Shown here: positions 1 to 9,606 of the stretch, in pieces
Layout: each line of letters begins with the position of its first letter
Numbering within the stretch: the first letter of the stretch is position 1
From: Candidatus Kuenenia stuttgartensis
Lineage (GTDB): Bacteria; Planctomycetota; Brocadiia; Brocadiales; Brocadiaceae
Length of the DNA: 32,000 nucleotides
Assembly: GCF_900232105.1 (NCBI RefSeq)
Contig: NZ_LT934425.1
Location: 3,480,001 to 3,512,000 of the forward strand
Direction: 5' to 3'
Translations under genes and position numbers: made by a program
The notes under the pieces: generated by a model
Seen by the model: the letters and a program-made list of their open reading frames with translations, nothing else
Databases searched by the model: none
What the model was told of the DNA's origin: nothing

Positions 1-1193
1 TTGATAATGCCTCAGCAGATTCCGGTATTGTAGCCGCATCAATAAGCGGCGATGCGGCGAAGGCACTCTTTTCCTTTATTGGAAAAGATATTGCTACGGT
101 ACAATCTGAATTGGACATTGAAAAATCTGAAGCCCAAACCGCTTTTGCTATGCCGGGAATAAAAGCAACTATTTCCACCGCTGTAAAACGTGAAAAAACG
201 TCAGATCACAATGTTATCGGATATCTGCCCCCTGCTGATGGTAAAGATGATTGCGAATACATCGTCGTGGGAGCACACTTAGACCACATTGGCTACGGTG
301 GTACTGAATCCCTGGCGAGAAAAGGAGAAGAGGGAATGATACATAATGGGGCAGACGATAACGCCTCAGGGGTTTCCGTAGTGCTGGAATTAGCGGCTGC
401 TCTGGCGGAAACATACAAAAAAAAACCACAAGATAAACGACGGGGACTTGTATTTGCGTTTTGGTCGGGGGAAGAAATGGGACTGCTGGGTTCCTCTCAT
501 TTTATAAAAAACCCTGCCTTTCCCTTGAAAAATACAATTGCATACATAAATTTTGATATGGTGGGGAGGCTGAGAGACAACAAACTCATTATCCAGGGGG
601 CAGGTTCCTCAAAATCATGGCCGCAATTGTTTGAAAAGCGCAATATCATGTCAGGCTTTAATCTCATACTTCAACACGACCCTTATCTGCCGACAGACGC
701 CACCCCCTTTTACCAGGAAGGCGTCCCTATCATGAACTTCTTTACCGGAAGCCATGATGATTATAACCGGCCGACCGACGATACAGTGACTCTTAATTAC
801 GAAGGTATGGCAAAGATCGCCCAATTTGCGAAGAATATCATTTCCGATTTGGTAAAAAGTCCCGGGCGGCCCGACTATTTTAAAGTAAAGAGTTCAGGAC
901 CGCCTGATAGCCTGCATGGTTCCAGAAGAATATATTTAGGCACCATTCCCGACTTTACCACAGAAGATATTGAAGGTCTAAAACTGAGCGGCGTCAAGGC
1001 TGGAGGCCCTGCAGATAAAGCAGGCCTGCGGGACGGAGATATTATTGTCAGATTTGGAGATTTGAAAATCACTAATATCTATGATTATAAATATGCCCTC
1101 GACGTTATAAAAATTGGCGAGCCGGTGACGGTTGAATATTTAAGAAACGGAACGAGCGGCACACTCACCGTTATCCCGGAAGCAAAGAAGTAA
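1..1193 (+). CDS. M28-family zinc aminopeptidase with C-terminal PDZ domain, 5' end outside window
   Basis: Frame 3 is open from base 3 and continues upstream of the listed TTG start at 111. Motifs include VVGAHLDHIG, HNGADDNASG, FWSGEEMGLLGS and NFDMVGR; the PDZ-like tail is GLKLSGVKAGGPADKAGLRDGDIIVRFGD. Confidence 0.9.
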   Translation, partial: DNASADSGIVAASISGDAAKALFSFIGKDIATVQSELDIEKSEAQTAFAMPGIKATISTAVKREKTSDHNVIGYLPPADGKDDCEYIVVGAHLDHIGYGGTESLARKGEEGMIHNGADDNASGVSVVLELAAALAETYKKKPQDKRRGLVFAFWSGEEMGLLGSSHFIKNPAFPLKNTIAYINFDMVGRLRDNKLIIQGAGSSKSWPQLFEKRNIMSGFNLILQHDPYLPTDATPFYQEGVPIMNFFTGSHDDYNRPTDDTVTLNYEGMAKIAQFAKNIISDLVKSPGRPDYFKVKSSGPPDSLHGSRRIYLGTIPDFTTEDIEGLKLSGVKAGGPADKAGLRDGDIIVRFGDLKITNIYDYKYALDVIKIGEPVTVEYLRNGTSGTLTVIPEAKK

Positions 1194-1260
1194 ATGTACT
1201 GTAGCGAATTTCTTATTTATTGTATTACTTTCAAAAAGACAAGTGGAATATAACTTGGTT

Positions 1261-1629
1261 AAGGGAGCATTCCTGATTTTTTGCAACAGTTTAGATTTTT
1301 GGAAAACAAAAATGCTCGTTCCCAAGCTCCGGCTTGGGAACGTAATTGTGTTGGAAGCTCTAGCTTCCATTTAGCCGGCAAGCGAAGCTTCGTGTATTAT
1401 TCGATTCAAAAGATGTTTCTAAATATCTTGGGTAACATACTGAAAAGCCTCCAAGCTGACATCATGGGTTCATTCCCTTTTCCATTCGAAGCTGGAGCTT
1501 CTCAAACAATCCCGTTCCCAAGCCGGAGCTTGGGAACGAGCGGTTTTTTTCATAGGACTAAAGTATTACAATTCTTTGTAAAAAAACAAAATGTGTGAAG
1601 ATATACAAAAAATCGGGAATGCACCCCTT
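1261..1629. mobile_element. MITE-like element with imperfect terminal inverted repeats and internal composite palindromes
   Basis: Left AAGGGAGCATTCCTGATTTTTTG (1261-1283) matches the reverse complement of the right end, AAGGGGTGCATTCCCGATTTTTTG (1606-1629). Palindromes at 1317-1342, 1353-1368, 1488-1501 and 1513-1538. Confidence 0.55.
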
Positions 1630-1706
1630 GGTTAAGTAGTTTGGTGGTTAAATAGTTAAGTGGTTGAAACGATTTAACGACACAACTTAAAGCAGGAGAT
1701 AATAAT

Positions 1707-2987
1707 ATGGATAATGTAATTTCTGTTATTTTAGGTGGGGGACGTGGAACGAGACTCTATCCCCTTACAAAAGAACGGTCAAAACCCGCAGTGCCTCTTG
1801 CCGGTAAATACCGGTTGATTGATATTCCAGTTAGTAATAGTCTGAATTCAGGGATAAATAAAATTTATGTTTTAACCCAGTTTAATTCCGCCTCCCTGCA
1901 CCGGCACATCACAAGGTCATATAAATTTGATAATTTCTCAAAAGGATTTATCGAAGTCCTTGCGGCAAACCAAACTATAGGCAGTTTGGACTGGTATCAG
2001 GGCACCGCGGATGCCGTCCGCCAGAATCTGCGTTTCTTTGACCAACCAAATATCGAATACATATTGATTCTTTCCGGTGACCAGTTATATCGAATGAATT
2101 ATCAGCATTTTATCAGAGAACATATCAAGTCAGGCGCTGAAGTGACTGTTTCTGCCATCCCTTCTGAAAGGAGACATGCCCAAGCCCTGGGGCTTTTAAA
2201 AATAAACGAACAGGGACGCATTGTTGGTTTTTCTGAGAAACCTAAAGATGAAGCAGTTATCGATACGCTTTCTTTGGATGCATCATTTTTTGAGAAAAGG
2301 GGGGTTGAACCAAAAGGGAGAACACTTTTGGCATCGATGGGTATTTATCTGTTCAACATTGGCGTATTAAAAGAAGTATTAAAAAAATCACAAAAACCTG
2401 ATTTTGGAAAGGAAATCATTCCTGAAATTATAAAGGAAAGAGCAGTCCATGCCTATTTATTTGACGGATATTGGGAGGACATCGGGACAATTAAATCATT
2501 TTATGAGGCCAATCTCGAATTGGCAACCTTAAGTCCGAGGTTTAACTTGTACAGCGAGAAAAACCCAATATATACCAGCCCACTGTCCCTGCCCGGAGCG
2601 ATTATAAACAATTGCAGGATTATAAAGTCTATTATAGCCGACGGGTGTATTATTGATAGTGGGGAAATAAGTGATTCGGTAATTGGTTTTCGAACAAGAA
2701 TAGAGAAAAACACTACGATCAGGAGTTCCGTGCTTATGGGTGCCGACTATTATGAAACAAAAGAAAATATTCGTGCCAACAAAGAGAAAGGGATACCGAA
2801 CATCGGAATTGGAGAAAACACAAAAATCGTGGGCGCTATTGTTGACAAAAACGTTCATATCGGAGAAAACGTTCATATAGAAAATACGAAAAAGATAGAA
2901 ACATTTGATGCGGAAAATTACATGATACGTGATTCTATTATCATTATTCCCAAAGGGAGTGTTATACCATCAAATACCGTCATATAG
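1707..2987 (+). CDS. glgC: Glucose-1-phosphate adenylyltransferase
   Basis: [77 protein letters not shown]; SD-like aggaga upstream. Confidence 0.95.
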   Translation: MDNVISVILGGGRGTRLYPLTKERSKPAVPLAGKYRLIDIPVSNSLNSGINKIYVLTQFNSASLHRHITRSYKFDNFSKGFIEVLAANQTIGSLDWYQGTADAVRQNLRFFDQPNIEYILILSGDQLYRMNYQHFIREHIKSGAEVTVSAIPSERRHAQALGLLKINEQGRIVGFSEKPKDEAVIDTLSLDASFFEKRGVEPKGRTLLASMGIYLFNIGVLKEVLKKSQKPDFGKEIIPEIIKERAVHAYLFDGYWEDIGTIKSFYEANLELATLSPRFNLYSEKNPIYTSPLSLPGAIINNCRIIKSIIADGCIIDSGEISDSVIGFRTRIEKNTTIRSSVLMGADYYETKENIRANKEKGIPNIGIGENTKIVGAIVDKNVHIGENVHIENTKKIETFDAENYMIRDSIIIIPKGSVIPSNTVI

Positions 2988-3358
2988 TTCATGCTAAATG
3001 TTATGCACTAAGAAAAATGTTCAATATTCAATGCTCAAGTGGTTGTTCATTTGCCTTTATTCTTTTACATTGAACATTGAATATTAATTTTCAAAATGCG
3101 AAAGATGCACTTGTTTGAAATTTCAAATCAATTTGTCATTAGAATTTGTTTCGCCGGGTTGGTAGTATGTTTTTTTAATATAACGTTTCATTAAAATATC
3201 TACATTGATACCGTCATTACGAGCTACAGCGAAGCACTCTTAAGTCTTTTGGGAACAAGAGATTGCTTCATCGCTTCACTCCTCACAATGACATTTTTTT
3301 ACGTACACATTTTAACGAAACTATGCACTAATGGTAGGATTTTTTCAGGATAAGCATT

Positions 3359-4093
3359 ATGATTTTATTCATAAAACACATTGATATTGAAGGTCCCGGT
3401 ACTATTGGAGACTTTCTGGAAGATAACAAGATTTCTTCCGCAATTGTTGATCTTTCAAACAAAGATAATCTGCCGGAGTTAAAAAAAACTCTTCAAATGG
3501 TGATAAGTCTTGGTGGTCCTATGAATGTGTATGAAGAGGAAAAATATCCCTTTTTAGCGGATGAAAATGTTTTTCTTAAGGAAATAATAAAGAGGGATAT
3601 CCCTTTTTTAGGCGTTTGCCTTGGGGCGCAACTTATGGTAAAGGCTATCGGCGGCACGGTATCAAAAAATCCAAAGAAGGAAATCGGATTTTACAAGGTT
3701 TCTATTGATGAAGAGGGATTGAAGGATAATGTGTTCAGAAATTTCCCCGGGGAAATAACCGTATACCAGTGGCACGGAGATACCTTCAGTATACCGGAAG
3801 GCGGGAAAAGGATTGCTACCTCAGAATTATGTGAAAATCAGGCGGTCAAATACGGCAGGAATATTTACGGCATACAATTCCATGTTGAAGTGACAAGGAA
3901 CATGATTGCCGAATGGGCAGAAGCATACGAGGGTGAATTGGCGTCTTTGAAGGGCATAGTTTCCGATAAACAGAAAATGCTTGAAGATTATGATAATCTG
4001 AAAGGCGAATACCTCAAACAGGCAGAACGATTCTATGTGAACCTCTTTTCCGCTGCCAACCTGTTGAAAAGAAAGAGTTATTCCCTGCCGTAA
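3359..4093 (+). CDS. Type 1 (class I) glutamine amidotransferase, GMP-synthase-like
   Basis: LGGPMNVYEEEKYPFL, FLGVCLGAQLMVKAIGG (nucleophile Cys) and YGIQFHVEV motifs. Confidence 0.88.
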   Translation: MILFIKHIDIEGPGTIGDFLEDNKISSAIVDLSNKDNLPELKKTLQMVISLGGPMNVYEEEKYPFLADENVFLKEIIKRDIPFLGVCLGAQLMVKAIGGTVSKNPKKEIGFYKVSIDEEGLKDNVFRNFPGEITVYQWHGDTFSIPEGGKRIATSELCENQAVKYGRNIYGIQFHVEVTRNMIAEWAEAYEGELASLKGIVSDKQKMLEDYDNLKGEYLKQAERFYVNLFSAANLLKRKSYSLP

Positions 4094-4174
4094 CAGTCAA
4101 ATAGTTTTAACCACTTAACTACCTAACCGGGTTTTATAATTATCTTTGACATAAACGATATCCTTGTGTTATTG

Positions 4175-4214
4175 ATTAATGTAGAGACGCATTGCAATGC
4201 GTCTCTACATTAAT
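4175..4214. repeat. 40-bp perfect palindrome
   Basis: ATTAATGTAGAGACGCATTGCAATGCGTCTCTACATTAAT is its own reverse complement. Confidence 0.95.
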
Positions 4215-4257
4215 ATTGAAATTCCTAAACATTTAATTGGAGGTTAATAACACACCC

Positions 4258-5772
4258 ATGCCGCCGAATGGACTTGACGCAAAAACACTTTTTGAAGGGG
4301 GAGAAGGCATTACTTATAATGACTTCATTCTGCTTCCCGGACACATAGATTTTATTTTAGACACAATTAGTCTGGATACCAACCTTACCCGTAATATAAA
4401 GATAAAAAGACCCCTCGTCAGTTCGCCCATGGATACGGTAACCGAATCGAGGATGGCCATTAGCATGGCCTTGCTGGGCGGCATTGGCATTATTCATTAT
4501 AACAATACCATTGAAGATCAGGCAAAGGAGGTTCGCAAGGTAAAGAGATTTGAAAATGGTTTTATAACTGACCCGGTTGTCCTCAGCCCTTTCCATACCA
4601 TCATGGATGTCGATACTATTAAGGATACATATGGGTTTTCCGGGATTCCTATAACAGAAGACGGCACATTAAATTCTAAGCTGGTTGGAATTGTCACAAA
4701 GCGGGATATTGATTTTGAGGACAATCGAACGAAACCATTGAGCGAGGTAATGACCAGGCAATTGGTGACAGCTTCTTCCGGAATATCTCTTTCTGACGGG
4801 AACAAAATCTTAAAAGAAAGCAAAAAGGGAAAATTGCCGCTAATCGATAAACAGGGGAGGCTCGTATCTCTTATGAGCCGCACTGATTTGCTGAAAAACG
4901 AGGATTTCCCCTTTTCGTCAAAAGATAAGGGCAAACAACTCCTTGTTGGCGCTGCGCTCTCTACGCGCGAAGAAGACAGGGAACGCCTTGCTGAACTGGC
5001 AACGGCGGGTGTGGATGTGGTTGTCATCGATTCTTCTCAAGGTGATACAATTTTTCAGATTGATATGGTACGGTACGTTAAGAAACACTACCCGCATATT
5101 GACGTGATCGGAGGAAATGTTGTTACCGCAAAGCAGTGTAAATCATTGATTGACGCAGGCGTTGACTCGCTACGTATAGGTATGGGGAGCGGTTCTATTT
5201 GTATTACCCAGGATACCCTTGCAGTAGGAAGAGCGCAGGGGTCTGCTGTATACCATACAGCGAAATTTTCCAGGGAATACGCAAATATTCCGGTTATAGC
5301 AGATGGCGGTATTGCCCACATCGGGCATATTGTCAAGGCATTGTCCCTGGGGGCAAGTGCCGTGATGATGGGCGGACTGCTTGCCGGTACGACAGAATCT
5401 CCCGGCGAATATTTTTATGAGGGCGGCGTGCGGGTTAAAAAATACAGAGGAATGGCGTCTCATGAGGCGATGGAAAAGGGAGGCGGCAAAAGGTATTTGT
5501 CCGTTGAAGACCGGATAAAAGTTGCGCAGGGTGTTTCGGGAACGGTCGTTGACAAGGGTTCGGTTATTCATCTAGGGCAATATTTAATGCAAAGCTTATT
5601 GCATTCGTTGCAGGAACTCGGATGTAAAAGCGTTCATGATCTTCATCAGGGACTGTATGATGGAAACCTGCGTTTTGAAATGAGATCGCCGTCCGCACAG
5701 ACAGAAGGCAGTGTCCATGACCTCTACTCCAGCAAGGAACCCCACCTTGGTCTTTTAAGAAGGGTACGATAG
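4258..5772 (+). CDS. guaB: IMP dehydrogenase with CBS domains
   Basis: [80 protein letters not shown]. The track starts at TTG 4237; ATG 4258 is also plausible. Confidence 0.96.
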   Translation: MPPNGLDAKTLFEGGEGITYNDFILLPGHIDFILDTISLDTNLTRNIKIKRPLVSSPMDTVTESRMAISMALLGGIGIIHYNNTIEDQAKEVRKVKRFENGFITDPVVLSPFHTIMDVDTIKDTYGFSGIPITEDGTLNSKLVGIVTKRDIDFEDNRTKPLSEVMTRQLVTASSGISLSDGNKILKESKKGKLPLIDKQGRLVSLMSRTDLLKNEDFPFSSKDKGKQLLVGAALSTREEDRERLAELATAGVDVVVIDSSQGDTIFQIDMVRYVKKHYPHIDVIGGNVVTAKQCKSLIDAGVDSLRIGMGSGSICITQDTLAVGRAQGSAVYHTAKFSREYANIPVIADGGIAHIGHIVKALSLGASAVMMGGLLAGTTESPGEYFYEGGVRVKKYRGMASHEAMEKGGGKRYLSVEDRIKVAQGVSGTVVDKGSVIHLGQYLMQSLLHSLQELGCKSVHDLHQGLYDGNLRFEMRSPSAQTEGSVHDLYSSKEPHLGLLRRVR

Positions 5773-5888
5773 TATCCCCCCAATTCCTCCGGAATCTCCT
5801 TTATAAAAAACCTGGAATGTACATTTGAGCAGGAAGGAGGAAAGGGGGCACATCTGAATATTTGCATGATATGTATAATTCTGAAACC

Positions 5889-5990
5889 ATGGCAAGGCTG
5901 GCAAGAATAGCATTTGAAGGGGCTTTTTACCATGTTACGAACCGGGGAAATCGCAGATAAGATATTTTTCTTGATACCAATGGTCGAGCA
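5889..5990 (+). pseudogene. Truncated REP-associated tyrosine transposase (RAYT, Y1_Tnp) N-terminus
   Basis: Reads MARLARIAFEGAFYHVTNRGNRR*DIFLDTN, the typical RAYT start, interrupted by TAA and then losing homology. Confidence 0.75.
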
Positions 5991-6121
5991 ACGACTTGCA
6001 GAAGATCATAAATTACATAAATAATTCAAGAAGATATTGTCTAATGTCCGGATGTGACCCTTATTTTCTACACGATAGTTTTACCTGATAATAGTGATTT
6101 TCTCAAGTTATCAGGGCAATT
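5973..6121. repeat. Copy A of a ~148-bp dispersed direct repeat (copy B at 9985-10133)
   Basis: Near-identical sequence (tcgagcaacgacttg...aagatcataaattacataaataattcaag...tgtctaatgtccggatgtgacccttattttctacacgata...gataatagtgattttctcaagttatcagggcaatt). Confidence 0.93.
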
Positions 6122-7281
6122 CAGACATAAAAAAATACGATTTTATCGACGCGCTTCGAGGCATGGCAATTCTCGGAGTAATCCTTGTACATTCGTCTCA
6201 GTCGGTTGCACCAACCAACGTAACGCTGTTGTGGTTTATGGGTGAAGGGGCGAGAGGCGTTCAACTTTTCTATGTAGCCAGCGCACTGACGCTTTGCATG
6301 TCTTGGGTAGCTAGAAGCTCGCATGAAACATTTCCAATTCGGAATTTTTACATAAGGCGATTTTTTCGAATCGCTCCAATGTTTTATCTCGCCATATTGA
6401 GTTACATTTTCGTGAATGGGTTTTCTCCATCATACTGGGCTCCCAATGGTATCGAATGGTGGTTTGTTCCAATCACGGCAGTATTCCTCCACGGATTCCA
6501 CCCAGAAACCATCACATCAGTTGTTCCAGGAGGCTGGTCAATTGCTGTAGAAATGAGTTTTTATTTCATCCTGCCATTTTTGCTTCCGCATATTAAATCT
6601 GTAAAGTCTTGTGCCTTCTTTTTCGTTATTAGCCTAGTATTGAGTGGTCTTAATCGACTTATAGTGCCGCATATTTTCTCTTACCCAGAAAGCCAACAGT
6701 ACCTACTGCAAAGCTTCTCGTTCCTCAATTTTCTAGGCAAACTACCCGTGTTTATCATTGGCATTTTTGGCTATTTAATACTTCGAGAAAAGTATCCTCG
6801 TAAGCTAATCGCCATCGTTTGTGGGCCGCTTTTTGTCGTTCTTCTTCTGGCTTTTTTATACCCAGCTTTTAAACTTCCGAGCAATTTTATTGCTGATAAG
6901 TTGTTTAATACTCCGCACCATTTTATTGCTGGCGGGCTATTTTGTGCCTTTGCGCTTCTATTGGCTAACTGGCCTACGCAACTATTAGTAAATAAAATTA
7001 CCACTACGGTTGGAAAGTTAAGTTTCAGCATGTACTTGACGCATTTTGCAATATTGACATATTTTTCTAGGCTTGGATTTAGCAACATCTTTCCAAAGTC
7101 GAATCTAGCAAGTCTTCTACACTTTCTGTGTGTTGTTTTTGCGGCCGCCGCAGTATCGTTCTTTTTCTACAAGTACATTGAAAAACCTGGCATTGCACTG
7201 GGCAAACGTTTAATCGAAAAATCTGAACAAGATGTTGCGCTAAACCCTAACCCGGCGCTCAACACGGACGCTGCGCTATAA
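6094..7281 (+). CDS. Acyltransferase 3 family membrane protein (possible integron cassette cargo)
   Basis: DFIDALRGMAILGVILVHSSQSV, then many hydrophobic helices and FFYKYIEKPGIALGKRLI. The predicted start lies in the dispersed repeat and is uncertain. Confidence 0.85.
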   Translation: MIFSSYQGNSDIKKYDFIDALRGMAILGVILVHSSQSVAPTNVTLLWFMGEGARGVQLFYVASALTLCMSWVARSSHETFPIRNFYIRRFFRIAPMFYLAILSYIFVNGFSPSYWAPNGIEWWFVPITAVFLHGFHPETITSVVPGGWSIAVEMSFYFILPFLLPHIKSVKSCAFFFVISLVLSGLNRLIVPHIFSYPESQQYLLQSFSFLNFLGKLPVFIIGIFGYLILREKYPRKLIAIVCGPLFVVLLLAFLYPAFKLPSNFIADKLFNTPHHFIAGGLFCAFALLLANWPTQLLVNKITTTVGKLSFSMYLTHFAILTYFSRLGFSNIFPKSNLASLLHFLCVVFAAAAVSFFFYKYIEKPGIALGKRLIEKSEQDVALNPNPALNTDAAL

Positions 7282-7314
7282 GGCCGCGCAGCGCCGGTTA
7301 GCTCTACGTTAGAT
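7245..7314 (+). other. attC-like integron recombination site
   Basis: CCCTAAC ... GTTAGAT ends, 5-nt spacers, inner GCTCAAC/GGTTAGC boxes and a central CGCTGCGC/GCGCAGCG stem. The acyltransferase stop codon lies inside the site, as in gene cassettes. Confidence 0.68.
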
Positions 7315-7354
7315 TTTACTTCATCCTATAGGGGAAATTCCCTATAATATTAAC

Positions 7355-7543
7355 ATGAGTACTTTAAAAGACAACATTGCAAAAATGATTCGTCACTTGC
7401 CGGAAGACTCCACACTGGAAGACATCCAATACCATCTTTATGTACTAGAAAAGATAAGAAAAGGCCAAGAATCCATAAAAGACGGTAAAGGTATTTCCAA
7501 CGAGGAAGCCAAAGTTCGACTTTCAAAATGGATTACAAAATAA
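7355..7543 (+). CDS. Small antitoxin-like protein of a type II toxin-antitoxin pair
   Basis: 62 aa, MSTLKDNIAKMIRHLPEDSTLEDIQYHLYVLEKIRKGQESIKDGKGISNEEAKVRLSKWITK; its 3' end overlaps the ParE-like reading frame. Confidence 0.75.
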   Translation: MSTLKDNIAKMIRHLPEDSTLEDIQYHLYVLEKIRKGQESIKDGKGISNEEAKVRLSKWITK

Positions 7544-7815
7544 TTTGGTCGCCTGACGCTTTAGAAGATATAGAGGCAATTGGGGAGTTTGTCGCAAGAG
7601 ATTCTGATCTTTATGCTGAATCTACAATTCAAAAAATATTTTAAGCCCCTCAGTCGCTAATCCAACACCTCAAAATAGGCAGAGTCGTGCCAGAAGTTGG
7701 CAATGAATTTATGAGAGAATTATTTGTTTTCCAATATCGTATCGTTTATGAAATCAAAGCAAATGAGATCCATATTCTTACCGTAATACATGGAAAACGT
7801 ATATTCGATAAATAA
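7528..7815 (+). pseudogene. ParE/RelE-family toxin with one in-frame stop
   Basis: MDYKIIWSPDALEDIEAIGEFVARDSDLYAESTIQKIF*APQSLIQHLKIGRVVPEVGNEFMRELFVFQYRIVYEIKANEIHILTVIHGKRIFDK; TAA at 7642-7644 with the frame preserved across it. Confidence 0.8.
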
Positions 7816-7818
7816 AAA

Positions 7819-7880
7819 ATCTAACAAGCCGATGGAGATTGACGCCCAACAGCGAGTCTCCGTTCAAGCGACTGTTAAGC
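7819..7880 (+). other. Second attC-like site, same orientation
   Basis: ATCTAACAAGCCGATGGAG ... CTCCGTTCAAGCGACTGTTAAGC; the ends match RYYYAAC and GTTRRRY, with an inner GGAGA/TCTCC stem. Confidence 0.55.
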
Positions 7881-7997
7881 ATAGACAGTTTATCTTATTC
7901 AAACCTGGTTGCTACTTTTGTTGAGCGCAACCCAATGAATTCCGGGGACATCATACTTAATTATTGACTTTGTTATTAGAATAGCTAAGAGGTGGTC

Positions 7998-8735
7998 ATG
8001 TCCAGGATTGCTCGTGTGGTAATTCCAGAAGTACCGCATCATATCACTCAGCGAGGAAATCGTCGTTTGCAGACATTCTTTTTGCGATGAAGATTATGAG
8101 GCATACATAAACTTGATTGCCCAGTGGTGTACGCACTGGGACGTTGAAGTGTGGGCCTTTTGCCTGACGCCAAATCATATACACCTGAGATTGCGGTACA
8201 ACCTTCTGAGAAGGCGCTTAGTCAGGTGATTGGCGAAGCGCATCGGCGCTACACGCGTCGCGTAAACTTCCTGGAAGGCTGGAGAGGGCACCTGCGGCAA
8301 GGACGTTTTGCCTCTTTCCCCATGGATAAAACCCATTTGTACTTAGCTGCACGCTATGTTGAACTGAATCCTGTCAGAGCAAAGTCGGTTAAGAAACCGC
8401 AGGAATATCGATGGAGCAGCGCATACGCATACATGCCGGGCGGGATGACCGGCTTGTGCATGTGGCTCCGTTGCTGGAGATATTTGGTAAGTGGGGTGAT
8501 TTTCTTTCCAGAGGTCTATCGGATGAGGAAATCGAAGCGTTTCAATGTCACTAGCGGACAGGGAGACCTCTTGGCACGGACACTTTTATAGCCCGGCTTG
8601 AAAATGTCCCTGGACGAATACTCCATAAGCAGAAACCTGGGCCCAAGGGTATAAAAGAAAAAAAGGAATCTCCAAAATTAAGTAAGGTGTTCCCGGAATT
8701 ACCCCCCGGAATTACCCATCACATATAACATATCT
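7998..8735 (+). pseudogene. Frameshifted REP-associated tyrosine transposase / Y1_Tnp
   Basis: MSRIARVVIPEVPHHITQRGNRR, then in shifted frames CDEDYEAYINLIAQWCTHWDVEVWAFCLTPNHIHL, then HRRYTRRVNFLEGWRGHLRQGRFASFPMDKTHLYLAARYVELNPVRAK, then TGRPLGTDTFIARLEN...KQKPGPKG. 3' end approximate. Confidence 0.85.
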
Positions 8736-8846
8736 TAGGTCACAGCGTCTCCGTAATTATCCAGAATTTCAAAATACATTTTACTATATATAACGGTATC
8801 CATTATAATGCGGATGTATGGGTAATGCAAAAAGAGAGGAAGCCTG

Positions 8847-9140
8847 GTGATACAATCATTCCATGATAAGGGGACAGAGGATATTTTTGATAGAAAAAAC
8901 ACCAGAGAGGCGCGTAAGACCTGTCCGCAACAAATCTGGCGAGCGGCGCAACGAAAGCTCGATCAACTTAATGGAGTTGTTTCTTTAGGTTCGCTGAAAA
9001 TTCCACCGGGAAACATGCTGGAAGTTCTTAAAGATGATCGAAAGGGACAGCACAGTATACGGATTAACGATCAGTTCCGAGTTTGTTTTGTGTGGGCTGA
9101 TGATGGTGTAGATAACGTCGAAATTACAGATTACCACTAA
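8847..9140 (+). CDS. higB: HigB-like toxin (RelE/HigB killer superfamily)
   Basis: MIQSFHDKGTEDIFDRKNTREARKTCP...KLDQLNGVVSLGSLKIPPGNMLEVLKDDRKGQHSIRINDQFRVCFVW, followed directly by a HigA-like ORF. Confidence 0.92.
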   Translation: MIQSFHDKGTEDIFDRKNTREARKTCPQQIWRAAQRKLDQLNGVVSLGSLKIPPGNMLEVLKDDRKGQHSIRINDQFRVCFVWADDGVDNVEITDYH

Positions 9141-9158
9141 ATAATAAGGAGAAAGAGT

Positions 9159-9476
9159 ATGGTTCGTATACCAAAAAATGGTCCGCCTACGCATCCGGGC
9201 GAAATGTTATTGGAGGAATTTCTCAAACCTCTGCATATGACGCAGCGCGAGTTGGCAGAAAAGCTTGGGGTTTCATATCCGCGTGTTAATGAACTGATTC
9301 ATGGAAAACGCGGGATGACTCCAGACACTGCGCTTCGTCTGGAGAAACTTTTCGGCATGGACGCACAGTTTTGGCTTAATTTGCAGTTGGCATGGGATCT
9401 CTATCATGTAACCCACTCATCAACTGCGAAGGAGATACAAAAGATAAAAAGATTGCCTGCTTTTATCCATGTCTGA
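9159..9476 (+). CDS. higA: HigA-like XRE-family antitoxin
   Basis: PPTHPGEMLLEEFLKPLHMTQRELAEKLGVSYPRVNELIHGKRGMTPDTALRLEKLFGMDAQFWLNLQ. Confidence 0.93.
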   Translation: MVRIPKNGPPTHPGEMLLEEFLKPLHMTQRELAEKLGVSYPRVNELIHGKRGMTPDTALRLEKLFGMDAQFWLNLQLAWDLYHVTHSSTAKEIQKIKRLPAFIHV

Positions 9477-9606
9477 CCACTTCATTAAGAGAATAGAGAA
9501 AGCAAACGGGGGTCGCGCCTATATATTTTACCATTTTTAATAAGACGCTAATTTGCGCAGATTAACGCAGATACTCTTATTAAATTCAATATTTCATAAC
9601 AACCTG

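Noticed and set aside
1281-1598. ORF of 105 aa on plus strand
   Set aside because: It runs through the palindromes and the terminal repeats of a MITE-like element; translation of repeats, no recognisable protein family.
5170-5571. 133-aa minus-strand ORF
   Set aside because: Antisense to well-supported guaB coding sequence; no domain signal. The same reasoning applies to 4357-4596, 4518-5027 and 5088-5336.
8151-8591. Independent 146-aa gene as listed in the ORF track
   Set aside because: It is the middle part of a frameshifted RAYT; flanking frames carry the missing N- and C-terminal homology.
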